A stretch of DNA of 63,871 bases, filler included, from Corallochytrium limacisporum Hawaii (lineage: Eukaryota; Protista; Pluriformea): the NCBI GenBank assembly GCA_002811645.1. It is 5 parts of 5 records of this genome, joined end to end, with 100 filler letters (N's around TTAATTAATTAA, not from the genome) between each part and the next. Parts side by side here need not be neighbours in the genome. Positions count along the whole stretch, not along the records: positions 22,237 to 46,957 come from PDIP01000141.1; 4 more parts are not named here. One strand, 5' to 3'. The notes under the pieces are model-generated. The model was not told the origin of the DNA, did not search any database, and worked only from the letters and a program-made list of their open reading frames with translations. Every line of letters starts with the position of its first letter. Within the stretch, counting starts at the first letter, position 1. The position numbers and the translations under genes were made by a program. Below, piece after piece: positions 23,301 to 35,400 of this stretch.

Positions 23301-23346
23301 GGAGCAGTGGAGCCGTGGAGCAGTGGAGCCGTGGAGCCGTGGAGCC
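23301..23346. repeat. 8-bp tandem repeat GGAGC(A/C)GT, about 5.75 units
   Basis: ggagcagt ggagccgt ggagcagt ggagccgt ggagccgt ggagcc. Confidence 0.9.
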
Positions 23347-24432
23347 TGCGATGCGGTTGCCGCTTTACTGTCCCTACTCTACTGAGGTGACACGCCCGCA
23401 TACTTCACAGGCTACTCGACAACGCAGCCCGAGCTGTAGTCGAGAGCATTCAGTACTTGAAAGCATACAGAGTGAGTGGATAGAGTGCCGAGGTAAACAA
23501 CCCGTTGTTATCACTACCGGGCGACCCAGCGGGGTTTTTGGTGAACCAAGGGGAAAGGGGTAAACGCTCCGAATCTGTTCTGATCCACTGGCTAGCTTCA
23601 GCGCACAAGCGATCAAACGTCCCAATGGTCGTCTCTGTATGTTGAGCGTGAGTAACTTCATTATCTGTACAGAAGGTAATGCGGAATTGTCGCAGTCCGA
23701 GAACTCTCAACAGCAGAGCCCATTCGCACGCCAAGACACACGCACTCGCCGATGCCGATTACCAGAAATCCAAACAAACATGGGGGTGCTACAGGCTTGC
23801 TGGAGCACATTGACGGGACTGATTGCAGCAGGGGTTTAATATTGTAACATTGACAGATGACGACTGTGATAGGGACAAAACCAATAAGATGTACATGTTC
23901 GACTTGGGGCGGAAGACACAGAAGGAACTATATGGATGGACTAAATGCGTGCATGCAATCTGCTCATGATGGTAGTGGTGTGTACGGCCAGAACGAGGAT
24001 GTCCGGACGATGCTAGTTATGCATCGTACGATCATAGAGGATGATTATGTCAAGAGATTACCCTTCCGTCTCCATACACAAGCGGGCGGGTCATTCGTGC
24101 GGAGCCCCAAATGTCTGAGGCAGCGACAGAGTTTTGTTGTGGCGGAGGGTCCCGCAGACAGAATATTCATTGAATCAGCCAAGCAGAACAAGAGGTGGGT
24201 GCGCGCGGTGGCACGGTTAGTGTGCCACAGCTGGGCACGAATTTCTTTGGGACCCGTTGCACACATATGCTGGGTATTTGAACGGATTATGACATGGTGC
24301 TCATAGGCACCAGGTATATTAATCTATATAAACCTTGGAACTGACAAAGAGTATCGAGTTTACAGTTTTGCCAAGGCGTTTCGTACAAGGAAGGAAACGA
24401 GATCACAGACATGTGAGCCTCAACAATCCAGG

Positions 24433-25032
24433 ATGAGCACTGCTAGCACAGCGAAAGAATTTTATACAGACGCAGTCCGCGAAGGCGGTGCTGAGCGTAA
24501 CCCAGAGGCTGCTGTTGAAGAGAAATTGGTGAACCGGGTACTGCGAATCAATACCCGCAGGGAGAAAAAACCGAAGTCACTCTCGCGAAGAAAGAAGAGC
24601 GAGAAAAGAACTGCGATTCCTCGCATGAACTTTGGCATTCCGATCGGAGCGAAGTATTCGGACTACAATGAATTGCGAAGCATGTGGATCATGTACATCA
24701 GCGACATTATTGGCTCAAAAATGCATGACATTGACACAGTTGGTGCCAAATTCGCTAAGGCTGAACTTTGTGGATGCGTGATGCGTGTGCACGAGTCATC
24801 GTGCAGCAGCGTGGTTGGACTAGAGGGCGTATGCTTGCGAGAGACCCAGAATACATTCATGGTCATGACCAAAACGTCCAAGGTACGCAAGATCGGCAAG
24901 AAGGGATCGGTCTTCCAAATTGACTGCGGGCCTGGGCGCTCGGTGCGGGTCCATGGTGATCGATTCTTGTACCGCACTTCCATGAGGTCCACCAAGAAGT
25001 TCAAGGCGGGTGTATCGGGGCGCTTTGCATGA
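24433..25032 (+). CDS. POP4: RNase P/MRP protein subunit p29
   Basis: L..MW..YI, KAELCG....V..S.CSS.VGLEG..LRET.NTF, K.GSVF, and HGDRF.YR...R..KKFK are Rpp29/POP4 hallmarks. Confidence 0.92.
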   Translation: MSTASTAKEFYTDAVREGGAERNPEAAVEEKLVNRVLRINTRREKKPKSLSRRKKSEKRTAIPRMNFGIPIGAKYSDYNELRSMWIMYISDIIGSKMHDIDTVGAKFAKAELCGCVMRVHESSCSSVVGLEGVCLRETQNTFMVMTKTSKVRKIGKKGSVFQIDCGPGRSVRVHGDRFLYRTSMRSTKKFKAGVSGRFA

Positions 25033-25105
25033 CATTTAGACATTGCATGATAAAGAAACTAAGATAATCTATACATTAATACAATTTGAGGAAACGGACC
25101 CCCCT

Positions 25106-26901
25106 CTAGAAGGGCACCCGATATTCGCGCAGAGCATACTCAAGCTTGCTGTGCATGTCGGTGCCCTCTGTCAGAGACAAAAGCATGCTGTTCGTCTCTG
25201 CGTTCCGGCCATGCTGTGGACCCGAGCGATTGCGTCGGTGAGCCACACTGAGCTCGAGGACCGCAACGTACTCTCTGGCTATCTCCGTGGCCAATTTTGG
25301 GTCTCGCAGTTCGGCACAGAGGCAAACCAGCTCGTCAAATGTATCAGGGAATGGCAGCTCGTGGCGCCGAAGGAGTGCTTCTTTCTTCCGTTTCCGCGCA
25401 ATGATGCGCCGCCGCTTGTCGGTGGCCGTCTCTGCCTTTTGCGCTGTGTTGGTGATTTCGTCGTGACTGTTGTTGCTCTGCTCGTCCAGACTAAGGCTCA
25501 TGCGCCGGAGTAGTTGTCGGGCACTCTCATCATCAAGGCTCGCTCGCGCGTCCTTGGCCCAGGCAGAGAAGAACCCGGGGCTCATCCGCAGACCGGCGTC
25601 GTCGTAGAGAGCAACGCAGTAGTCGTAACCCAGAGTAGGGGTGAGCAGTGTAAGCAGAACGTCCGTTGTTTCGACTTCAAAGCGCTGTCGCAGAGCTTCC
25701 ACATTGCGCGCATAGGCGGCCTTTTGTTCCCGGTCAAGACGGTGATCGCGGTTCAAGACCGTCAGCAGTGAGCCGATCACTTGCGGCGAGACAGTGAGTG
25801 CACTGAGAATGTCATGAGGCATGGCCTTCATCACTGCCGGAAAATCACTGTGGTTTCTGTAGTTCAGGGCGCGGATTGCCTCCGCCAAAGAAAAGGAGTC
25901 CAGTTCGATACCTTGCTCGCGCATAAAGTCGAACATTTCCATGGCTGTGTCAAAGTCACCAACGCTGGTGTAGAACTGTGTGATCAGAGGTGAGGACAGA
26001 AAAGTAAGGAGAAACAAATATTAGTATAACCAGTCCATGAACCCGTGATAGCAATTATTTCCTGGAAAGTGACACTTACCTTCATGGCCAAGTTACCCAC
26101 AGCTGTGACGTCGTTCTCCTCGTCAGTAGCTGCCAGGGCAGTTACCCGTCTCTGCTCCTGTTCTTCCATGGCCTCCTCCATATACTTCCGCACAGTGGCG
26201 TGGACCCACGTCGTCCATTGTTCCTTTGTCGGTGGGTTCACTGCTCGCGGGTAGGGCAGTGCATGCTTGTCGTTGTCTCCATCACTGTTCCCGACATATT
26301 CTCGGTCTCGTCCTCCCAGTTTCCGTCCTTGCCTACGCTGTCGCATTCCAGACAGCGTTGTTAATCGAAAATACTCTGCAGCCCTGTCTAGCACGGGGAC
26401 GAGCATGCCCGAAGTGAGCTTGAGGTGCAACGAACGCCAAAAGAACAGCACGCGCCTCAATAGGTTTGGATGCATGCCAGCCGTCCGACAGGCGTTCAGA
26501 TGTGCCGCAGCGATATACGAGTTCACAGCGAGGCCGTAGTCATCCTTCAGTCGCTTTTGGAGCTGCTGTGGTCCAGGAGGTATGAATTTGCGCGCAGTTA
26601 TCTTCTTGAGGCGCAGGGTAACCGACGTCTGGTCCGGAAATCGGTCGTAGTAGAAACAAGCTTCCTGATCTTCAGCTTCAGGGCGGTACCGAGCCGTAAA
26701 GCATGACTCCAGATCCTTCATGGACATCGATTTCGTGCTGAAACTGTCTTCAGTGCCAGGACTGGTGTTTTCTGCTGGTGACCTGACCTGTGTCGACAAA
26801 AACCGATGGCCGATCCTTGCCGTTGTTATGCAGAGGATGGGCAGAATTTGCTGGGATTTACTCGGACGTAAGTGCATCCGGGACAGTCTTAAGCCAAGCA
26901 T
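25106..26901 (-). CDS. Pentatricopeptide-repeat-containing protein, probably mitochondrial; two exons (26901-26080 and 25975-25106), 563 aa
   Basis: Splicing joins ...VGNLAMK to FYTSVGDFDTAMEMFDFMREQGIELDSFS, giving a canonical PPR motif. The N-terminus is Arg/Ser/Leu-rich and lacks acidic residues, like a mitochondrial presequence. Confidence 0.8.
25976..26079 (-). other. Spliceosomal GT-AG intron, 104 nt, phase 0
   Basis: 5' site AAG|GTAAGT, branch-like TACTAAT (26026-26020), pyrimidine tract, and 3' site CACAG|TTC. Removal restores the frame between the two ORFs. Confidence 0.85.
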
Positions 26902-28398
26902 TCTTGCAGTTATCGTCTATACTTTTCAACTTAGGGCGTTCACTACAATGGACATGTTTCACTGACTTGAGCTGCGTATTTTTCTAGATCATATTACTAG
27001 CTTGTTTCCCAAGTATTCTTCTTCAAAGTAAGACATGCCACTGCAAACACGGGCGTGATCTGCCAAATTTTGCAAGCGAACTGGTGGCGCCTTCTCTGTT
27101 TTTGAATAGCCCGCGCCGTCGAGCCAAGTCAGCTCTACGTTGGAACCCGCTACCCGAATCGGGCCCGCTCCCCACAGGGCCTCAGGGCGAAAACACCCCA
27201 ATACCACCATAAAACTGAATGCCCTAAATAATCTAATTAATTTACTTCACGCAGGAACCAGCTCCACCTTTCCAGGCAAGAACTACTCCCGTTTTCCCAC
27301 TTTTGGTGAGGACCGCCTTCGAATACTGGGAGTCTATTTAATTCCGAACCACTGGCGAACAAAACCCCGTGCATCACTACTTCTGTGCCAATGCCGGCCC
27401 GCTCGCTCACTATGAAGCAGCGGTCGTTGCTCTCTAACACGGATCAGGTGGGTGATGGTGGCTTCATACATACGTCCAAGGGGTCAAATCCTCACCCTGG
27501 CAATCGGCGGTGTGTGTATTCCCCAATACCGCCCCCCCGGGGCGTTGGAAAGGAGGACACGGATTAACAAGGTTTGCTGACTCCGAAGCCAACAATTTTT
27601 CACGCCAGACGGCTGAAGGAATGTTTGCCGGAGCAGGGGTTTACCTAAAGGGAGCAGGAAGCAAAGGCAACAAAAACCTTGAACCCAACGAAGGGGCCAG
27701 GGCAGAAGATTTGCAAGGCACCCAAGACCCTAAAAATTTTCCTTTGTGCATTTTTTTTTTCGCTTCGCAAGCAGGACACACTTCCCAGGTTTTCGGCGGA
27801 AAGAACCCACCGCTGGTCCGCACCGTAACGATCAGACCGCGAACATATCACTCACTACTCCTGACAAACGCCTGTAGAACCTTTGACCAGGCCAAGCAGG
27901 GCGACCGGCAGTAGAAAGGGCCGGGAGGGGGGGGGGAGGGTGGTGGGTGAGGAGAGAGGTGGAATGTCTCCTCACAAAAAGTGGTTCCCTTGGACGGCGG
28001 CTTTGCGCGCGGTGTGCTCGAACGGGGCACCGCAGTCAAAGTCCGTCCCTTTGGTGAAGATAGTGCCTGAGGAGTACGGCTAAAGAGGCCCAAGAGCGGC
28101 CACGTAGAGGCCCACCCGTTCTGACCGTGTATCCGTCACAAAAATGCACGGGGCGTGATTCCCCCTATCTGCTGTCTCATTCGGTTTCGTGGTAACGCAG
28201 AAGAGTATGCGCCATGTTTCTCGCTGGCCGGCTACAACGATGGCAGCGATGGGTGATGACTGGGATGGTATTTGAACTGTTGATGGAAACGATGAGCCTG
28301 CACAGATTGCGTTTCGTTCCAGTGGGGTGAGAGAGAACAAAGGGCCCAGAGGACACCAAATCCCTTCTTTCTTTGGAATGTAAAGACACTAAGCCAAC

Positions 28399-29367
28399 AT
28401 GACAGCCTACAGCGCAGCCATTCAATGGTCCCCCAAAGTTTACGCGAACTACGCCGGTCCGCGAGCCGTGCCTCTGCACGACCTCCTTGCAGCAGTGCGC
28501 CGTTTGCAGGGTGACAAAGTGTTCGATCGGATCGCTGATGTTGGGTCTGGCACTGGTGCTGCCCTGCAAGGACTGTCCACGCTCTTTGGGCCGGTCAAGT
28601 CCATCGACTGCGTGGACACAGACATGAACATGGTTCAAGCAACCACGACGGCAGCAGATGGAGTGAAAGCGGCACTTGCGACAGACGGAGGACCAGCGGT
28701 TACTGATTTGCCGACGATCAGTTCCGCGCAGATGGACGCGCACAGTTTCTATCGCGAACCGCCGCAGGGACAGAACGCCAGCTACGACCTAATCTTCTCC
28801 AACGCTGTGTTTCATTGGGTCTCAGACCACGCCCGGCTGATCAGCGGGCTCTGGTCGCGCCTCAGCCCTGGAGGAGTGCTCGCGTTTCAAATGCCGGACA
28901 CTCGGAAGCAGCCTTCGCATCTACTCATGCTTGAGGCTGCCAAAAATGTCGGGCAGGGGGACGCCGCGGCGGAGATCGGGTATCCCACAACTCGGATGGA
29001 CCCGCAGGACTACTACCGCATCTTTAACGACCCGGAACTGATTACCCCGAAGTTTGACGCCCTCGAGCTATTTCATGTTGATTATCACCACCTCCTTGAT
29101 CAGAAATCAGTCGATCCCGAGTCTTTGGCCTCGTCAGCAGAAGTTCTGCCACAACACTGTGTCCATGGCTGGACCAAAAGCACAGGACTGATGCCTCTGG
29201 CACTTGCAATGCAGGAGCGTGGCGGGAACGAGTTGAAATCGCGATTCGAGCGTGAGTACACACGCCTGCTCTGGCAGGCATACCCACCCATAGACAACAC
29301 CGACAAGGTCATGTTAACCTACCGCCGGTTCTTTGTGGCGGCACGGAAGGCGACAAATGCGGCCTAA
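28399..29367 (+). CDS. tam: Trans-aconitate 2-methyltransferase-like (bacterial Tam type) SAM-dependent methyltransferase
   Basis: W.P..Y...R..P..DLL, motif I DVGSGTG, DLIFSNAVFHWVSDH, LSPGGVLAFQMPD....SHLLM, W.KSTGL, and YP......L.YRRFFVAARK follow E. coli Tam along the whole length. Confidence 0.85.
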   Translation: MTAYSAAIQWSPKVYANYAGPRAVPLHDLLAAVRRLQGDKVFDRIADVGSGTGAALQGLSTLFGPVKSIDCVDTDMNMVQATTTAADGVKAALATDGGPAVTDLPTISSAQMDAHSFYREPPQGQNASYDLIFSNAVFHWVSDHARLISGLWSRLSPGGVLAFQMPDTRKQPSHLLMLEAAKNVGQGDAAAEIGYPTTRMDPQDYYRIFNDPELITPKFDALELFHVDYHHLLDQKSVDPESLASSAEVLPQHCVHGWTKSTGLMPLALAMQERGGNELKSRFEREYTRLLWQAYPPIDNTDKVMLTYRRFFVAARKATNAA

Positions 29368-29474
29368 ACAGATTTTAAGTACGGTAAATGAAATACACAC
29401 TGCATACTTGAACTCTATTGTCTTACTATCAGAAATTCGGCGGATCTTTATGAAGTTTGATGCTCTCGGCAAAT

Positions 29475-32400
29475 TCACCTAAAGAAGTCCTCAAAGAAGT
29501 CGGCCATGGCATGCGGCTTCTTGTAGCGCTTCTCGAGCTCCTCGATCTTCTTCTTGCGCTGGACAATAGCATTACCAGGGTTGTTGTCCAGAAGCAAGCG
29601 TTCACGGTTCGCATTGTTGATGAGCGTGAGGCGCACCAATGGAGCCAACGACGCCTTGTCCAGAACCATGCCGTGAACTAACGGTCCCACAATCATGCGA
29701 CTGTCGTTCACGACGTACGGGCCGGTGTTCGAGAGTTCGATGCGGTACAGACCCTCCCCAAGAGCGTGGATGACAATGACCAGAGTGCGCTGACTGCTCT
29801 TCATAGAATTGACGATCTGATTGCGGTCCTCACTGTCGTCCAGCCATATGACTGCGGCCTTGTCCAATCGCAAAATTCGTTCAAAGACCTTGAGTCGGCG
29901 CTGGAGCTGCCGACTACTGCTCTCATCCACAGCCGTTTGGCGGCCGACGATCGTTGGTACCGCCGTAGTCTGCGTGGCAGATGCCGCAGTCACACCAGTC
30001 ATGCTCGTAGACGGACTTATTGCCGCAGGCCCCTCGTCGAGAAGCACGCTTTCATCAATCGAATAGCGCAGATCAGCGTCTCCATCTTCGTCATCCTCAA
30101 ATTTCAGAGTCGATGCTATCAGCGGATAGGCGTGGAAGACCATCTCCCGTTCGAAGTCGGCGTAGTACGGGAACAAACAGCGCAGGTAGCGAGGCAAATG
30201 GCCACGGTAACCAACATGGGATTCCAAATTCATTGTCCAGCCGAGGGCTTGCACAAACTCTGCAAATTCGCGGCTTGGTACCTCACACTGCAGCGCGTCC
30301 TGGACACTCTGGGTGCCCGAGGACACGTAGAGTATGGAAGAGGTCAGACACTCACGGTCCGGCATTTCGTCCAGGTCGCGCAAACTCCGCAGAAGCGATC
30401 TGTCGCACTTGAGCTCTGACACACGCGGAATGCCGTTGGATCCCTTCTCCTTGCTCGGTCCAATCATGGATTCATGGAGAAGGCCAAGGTGACTCAGCAG
30501 AATACGTCCGACGACGAGGGAATTGCTGCGACGGGTGCCGTCGACGTCCTCTTCCTCCTCGTCGACATCAAGTGTCGGCGCTGGGCTGGAGACAACGCTC
30601 GCGCTCTTGGCAGAAGCTGTGCTCTTCATGCCACCGAGCTTCAAAGGTCCTAAACTCGTGTCTGGGTCAGTGGCAGCAGCGATCGCGGAGTCCTGCTCAC
30701 CAACATCCGGAACCGTGTCGGCGCCTTTCGTGGACGGATCATGCTCTTCCACAACTCCGAAGGCAGTGTCATCCCCGATGCCATCCTGTGGTTGGTCTCC
30801 TTCGTTCGTGTGCGTCTGCAGGATAATCTGTCCGGTCTGTGACATGACGGCGTGTGCATACCGTTTACTATCTTTCATCAAAAACGGGGCCGGTGGAGGC
30901 ACCAAGAGTCCGGGAGCCTGGTGCTGGACCGCACTGCGCGCCATGTGAGTATGCAGCTCCCCTTCCATTTCCGCCTGACGATTCATGAGCCCAAAGAATC
31001 CTTCCTGCAGACCTGCCCTGCGGTCTGTGGCCGTTCGCTGCAGCGGTGGAATACACGCCTCTGACCAACAGACAGCGTCCAGCTCATCGGCCCCGTCGTC
31101 AAGTTCAGGCAGGTGTGCACCCATGAAATGATCGAAACAGTCCGAGGACATTGGGTCTGGACGGACTGCCGGTAGATCACAATGATCGATGCGCAGACGT
31201 TCCGGGAGATAGCGCAGTTGTCCAGTCCATCCATGCTTGCCGCAGGCATCGCGGATGATGACTGTGGCCGCCGGATGATGCCGAACAATGATCTTGGCCG
31301 GGGGCAGGTCCGGATCTGGTTTCCCGTCTTCGCCCAAAGCCTGCTCCTCGACCACATCGCGGAAGTCCGGACGTTCGACAACGGCCAGGATTACTGAAGA
31401 GTCAACGACAAAGTATCGAATACGCGCAGCCAATTTGATCTCTTCCTCCTCGTCTTGAGAATCGACTGCGGCCTTGAGTTGGCTCCGGCGCATGGTTCCA
31501 CTGGACCGCATGCTCGCGCTCTGACGCAGCGAATTGCGATAGCCCCCGACCACGACGCTGCCGCTACCCACTGATCCGGAGCCGCTGCCATTGCCCATGA
31601 TGACACTGCTCTTCGTCCCGCTTGGGCCCGTGCTGCCACCCATGAGACCGGGTACCGCCAGCAACCCAGCCTCGTCAATGAGTGAGCCCGTGATCGATGG
31701 ACCGACCGCCGAAGGGAAGTGGCCCAATTGACTAAAGAGCTTGAGGAACAGACACTCCGCAGCATCTTTCACGCGTCGACTAGGCGGATGCGCCAACTTC
31801 TTTTCCTTAGGAACACTTGGGGAGTCTGTGTAGCTTGTGAGTACTTGGGATTCACGGACTCGGTATTGTGCTGAAGGCTGGCGGAAGGCACCAATACCAA
31901 TGGCGACGTTTTGGCGCAGCAGCGGACTGCGATCCGGCCCGGTCCCAGTGCCCCCGCTGGCATTGCGACTGTTTCCCTCTGAAATCTCACCTTCCGTGGA
32001 ACGCAGGCGACTCGGGCCGCGGGGGCTAATCTTTCCGTCGCGAGCCAAGCTACGCAGATCGCCTGCGACCCCCTCCGCTACCTGCTGTCCGAACGACGTT
32101 AGGGCGCCGAGAGCAGAGTTCAGCTGCAGGCCCGATACTGCGCTGCCTGTCGACCCCTTGGTCGCGACTGAGCCGCCGTTATTCCCTTGCTCGTCGCTGG
32201 CGGCGCGCTTAGCGATGACTTCACGCGCTTCCTTTGCGCTCTGTGGCATGCGGGAACTGCCATGACCGACGCTGTCCGAAGGTACAGCGCCAGCAGAAGT
32301 CGGGCTGCCGGGACCTTCCGCACCGCCTTCCGTTACAGGCGACTGGGGCGACTGTGCGCCACCCGCAGCCTTCGCGGCCCGTTCTTCCTGTGAGACCGGC

Positions 32401-35400
32401 ACACTTACGGCACCAGAGTTCGTGGACCGGTTATCGCTGACCTTACGGATGGTCTTCTTTACCTGCCGATCGAGATCATTGAGGGAGTCGTTGGATAAGA
32501 CCAGGCCAGGACGGGACTTCTGCGATTTGCTTCCTGTCATGCCATATTCAATGATCTCCATGAGCATGAGCATGCACCGTTGGTCGCGCAGGATCCATTG
32601 ATCGTCAGTAATGATCCAGCCAAGGATGGTATGGTATGCAGCCGCAATCATGGAGTGCAGTGATTTGGTGTGCCGCTGCAGCGGTTGGCTAATTTGCTTG
32701 TCTATGTAGAAGCATAGGTCGCGAACAATCATGCGCGCACAGGACGGGGCCTGCTCTTGCAGGATCTCGTGTTGTTTTGAGAAAGCCTCCAGGGTCTCAA
32801 GCGCCACCAGCGTGACGCTTAGTGGCCAACCTTTCTCTCGAAGGCGCCGTGTGATCAGTTTGATGCCATTGGCTGTCTGCTCGATGTGCCTTTCCAGCCG
32901 CATCAAGGAGATCGCCTCAAACGCATAGATGAGCAACTGCCAGTTTTCCACGTCGTGGTCATCGTCCGTGGTGTGGGATCCCGTGATGGTCTGCATAGCC
33001 GTGAGGATCAGTTCAAGCAAGTCCTCGCAGTTAATGGTCACCATCTCTCCAGCTCCCTGCATCGTGCCCATGTAAGCCCGCCGCTGCAGATTCGGTGTAT
33101 TCCGGCCGCGGATGTTGCCCCCAAGACCACGTAGACCACCGCTAATGCCTGATCCGTTGTCGTCCGGCACCGGAGACACCGGTTCGCTGCGATTGCGGGT
33201 AGGTTTCGTCGCGCTCTGTGATCGACTGACGTTGGCACTCGCACTGGGACCCAGGTCGGACGTGGAGGCGACTTCTTCAGTTCCAATGGCAGCCAACGAT
33301 GGGGGATCTGATGTCGGAGGGATAGGTCCACCGAGCATAGATCCATCACCGCCACTCTCCGGGCCAAAGAGTGGTGGGCCACTCATCTCACTGTCTCTGA
33401 GATTAACTGGTGCGGTGGCAGGCTGCACGAGCATATCCTCAATGACGCGGTGCTGAATTTCAATCATTGGACTGACGGGCACGTTGCCAGCACCTGTGCC
33501 AGCGTCGCTAAGCTGAGTGCTCTGGTCGTCATTGGTGTCTGGAATTGTTGGGGGCCCACGCGCATCACCTTTAGTGCTGCCAGAGGCCATTGTGTCGACG
33601 CGACCAGCACCGCCCCCGTAATACAGGCCCGCTCGCGAATTGACCAGTCCAGCCGAAACGGCTGAATTCTGCTCGCTCCTCGCGATTTTTTCGACGTAAT
33701 TTAGCTGCGGAATCGTCAAACTGCCATCCTGGAGAACAAACATGCCATGCAGGGACAAAATAATTTTCAAACTGGCGCGTTTCAGGCGCGTCAAGTTTCG
33801 ACAATTCTGGAAAAGCTGCAGTGTGGATATGTGGTGGTAAGTCAGGGCCATGTTATAAACTTCCGTGCTTGTGAACGTAGGCGTTGTCTGCATCATAATG
33901 CTCTTGCAGGCACGCAATATGTTCGGGATCAGTAGCTTGGATCCCTGCAAGCGCCGATGGAATAGCTCCGTTGATTCAAGCAGGATGGTTGAGGCCGCCA
34001 ATCCATCCTTCTCCAGTCCTCGATGGACAGAGTGGTAGAACCGCGCAAGATAGGGTAGGTGGAGCCGGTCCGTCGCGCGCTGACTGGCAAAAATACGGCA
34101 CAGTGTGGCGAGAGCCAAGGACCGGCCCTGTTCGTACAGTTTTCCCATGCTTGACGCTTCAAACAGGTCCGAGCCAAACACATGCAGAAGCGCATTGCCA
34201 CTGGCCTGCCAGATTTCGATATAGTATTGCTCGGCGGTCCTGCCCGCGGCTGTGCTTGAGTTTTGTGGCTGCTGTCCTGCACTTGAGGCAGTGTCACCAG
34301 CGGTGCCTCCCGTTGCACCGACACCGTCGTCGGCCTGGTCCTTGTTGCCATCGTCAGATCCAGACGCGCCCGTGCTCTGTGACTGAGCCGCTGGCTTGGC
34401 CAGGTAGCTCGCCATCGATGCGACAGCAATGGCCATCTCTGACCCTTGCGCTATGGGGTTTACAGTGCCGTCGCCTTCGTGGACCTCGGCAGGCACAGTA
34501 GTGATCTCTCCATTTGGAAGTATCTCGTCCTTGACACATACGAGTGGTTTGATACGCAGAAAGACCTCAACAAGCTCACTCACGCCTTCAATAGCTGCAA
34601 GGTGGATAACGGGGTCATTGAAATGGTTTGGGTTACCTATTGTGTGCAGCATCTGGTACCACGCGTGCGTGGCAGCACGGTCCGGCATGAAGAACCCGGC
34701 ATCCGCAAACATTGGGGTGATCGGCTCCCGCAACGGTTTCAGCAGAGGTTTCCGAGTCGATGCTGTTCCGGCCCGCATTGACGGTGACGGACTGGTCGGT
34801 GTCGAAATATTTTGTGGCGCCCCGGTGCTGCTGGGTGCGGCGGGGACGCCATTGTTGCCATTATTCTGTCCCGGTTGTGCTGAAGAGTCCTCAGACATCG
34901 GCCCACCCAGGATCCGGGATGGAGAGCCACTCCGAGCTGATTGCTGAGAAGTTGGGTTCTCGAGCGGCGATCCAGTGTCCGAAGTCTGGCTCCGACCACC
35001 AGGAATGCCTTTGCCTGCGTTGCCCTCTGGGCCCATGCCTCCCAAAGCGTCCTGTGATGTCATCGCAATCACTGCCTCGCTGCCGTTTTCTGGGCCATAG
35101 AGAATGCGCAGGACCCGCTGCGTCAGGGCCAGGCAAACCGAGTTCCACTCCAAGACGAGTTCCTTGCGGTGCCGCCACCTTTCGCACAGCTTGCGCAGTT
35201 GGCTCCAAAGTTCTGGGCTCGGATAGCAATGAACGCAGGAATGTAGCCACAGATCGAAGAGCACGCGCAGCAAATGTGGACAAAGCCGACCTGCCAAGTC
35301 GTCCTCTGGCCGTGGTTTCGCCAGCGGTCGGTGCAACAAACTATCGGCGATTCCCATCAGTAGCTTCAACAACGTCGCCCACGTTCCAGGCGTGAATGCA

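Noticed and set aside
23301-23346. Short repeat array considered as CRISPR-like
   Set aside because: The units are 8 bp with no spacers, the context is eukaryotic, and no cas genes are present; it is a simple minisatellite.
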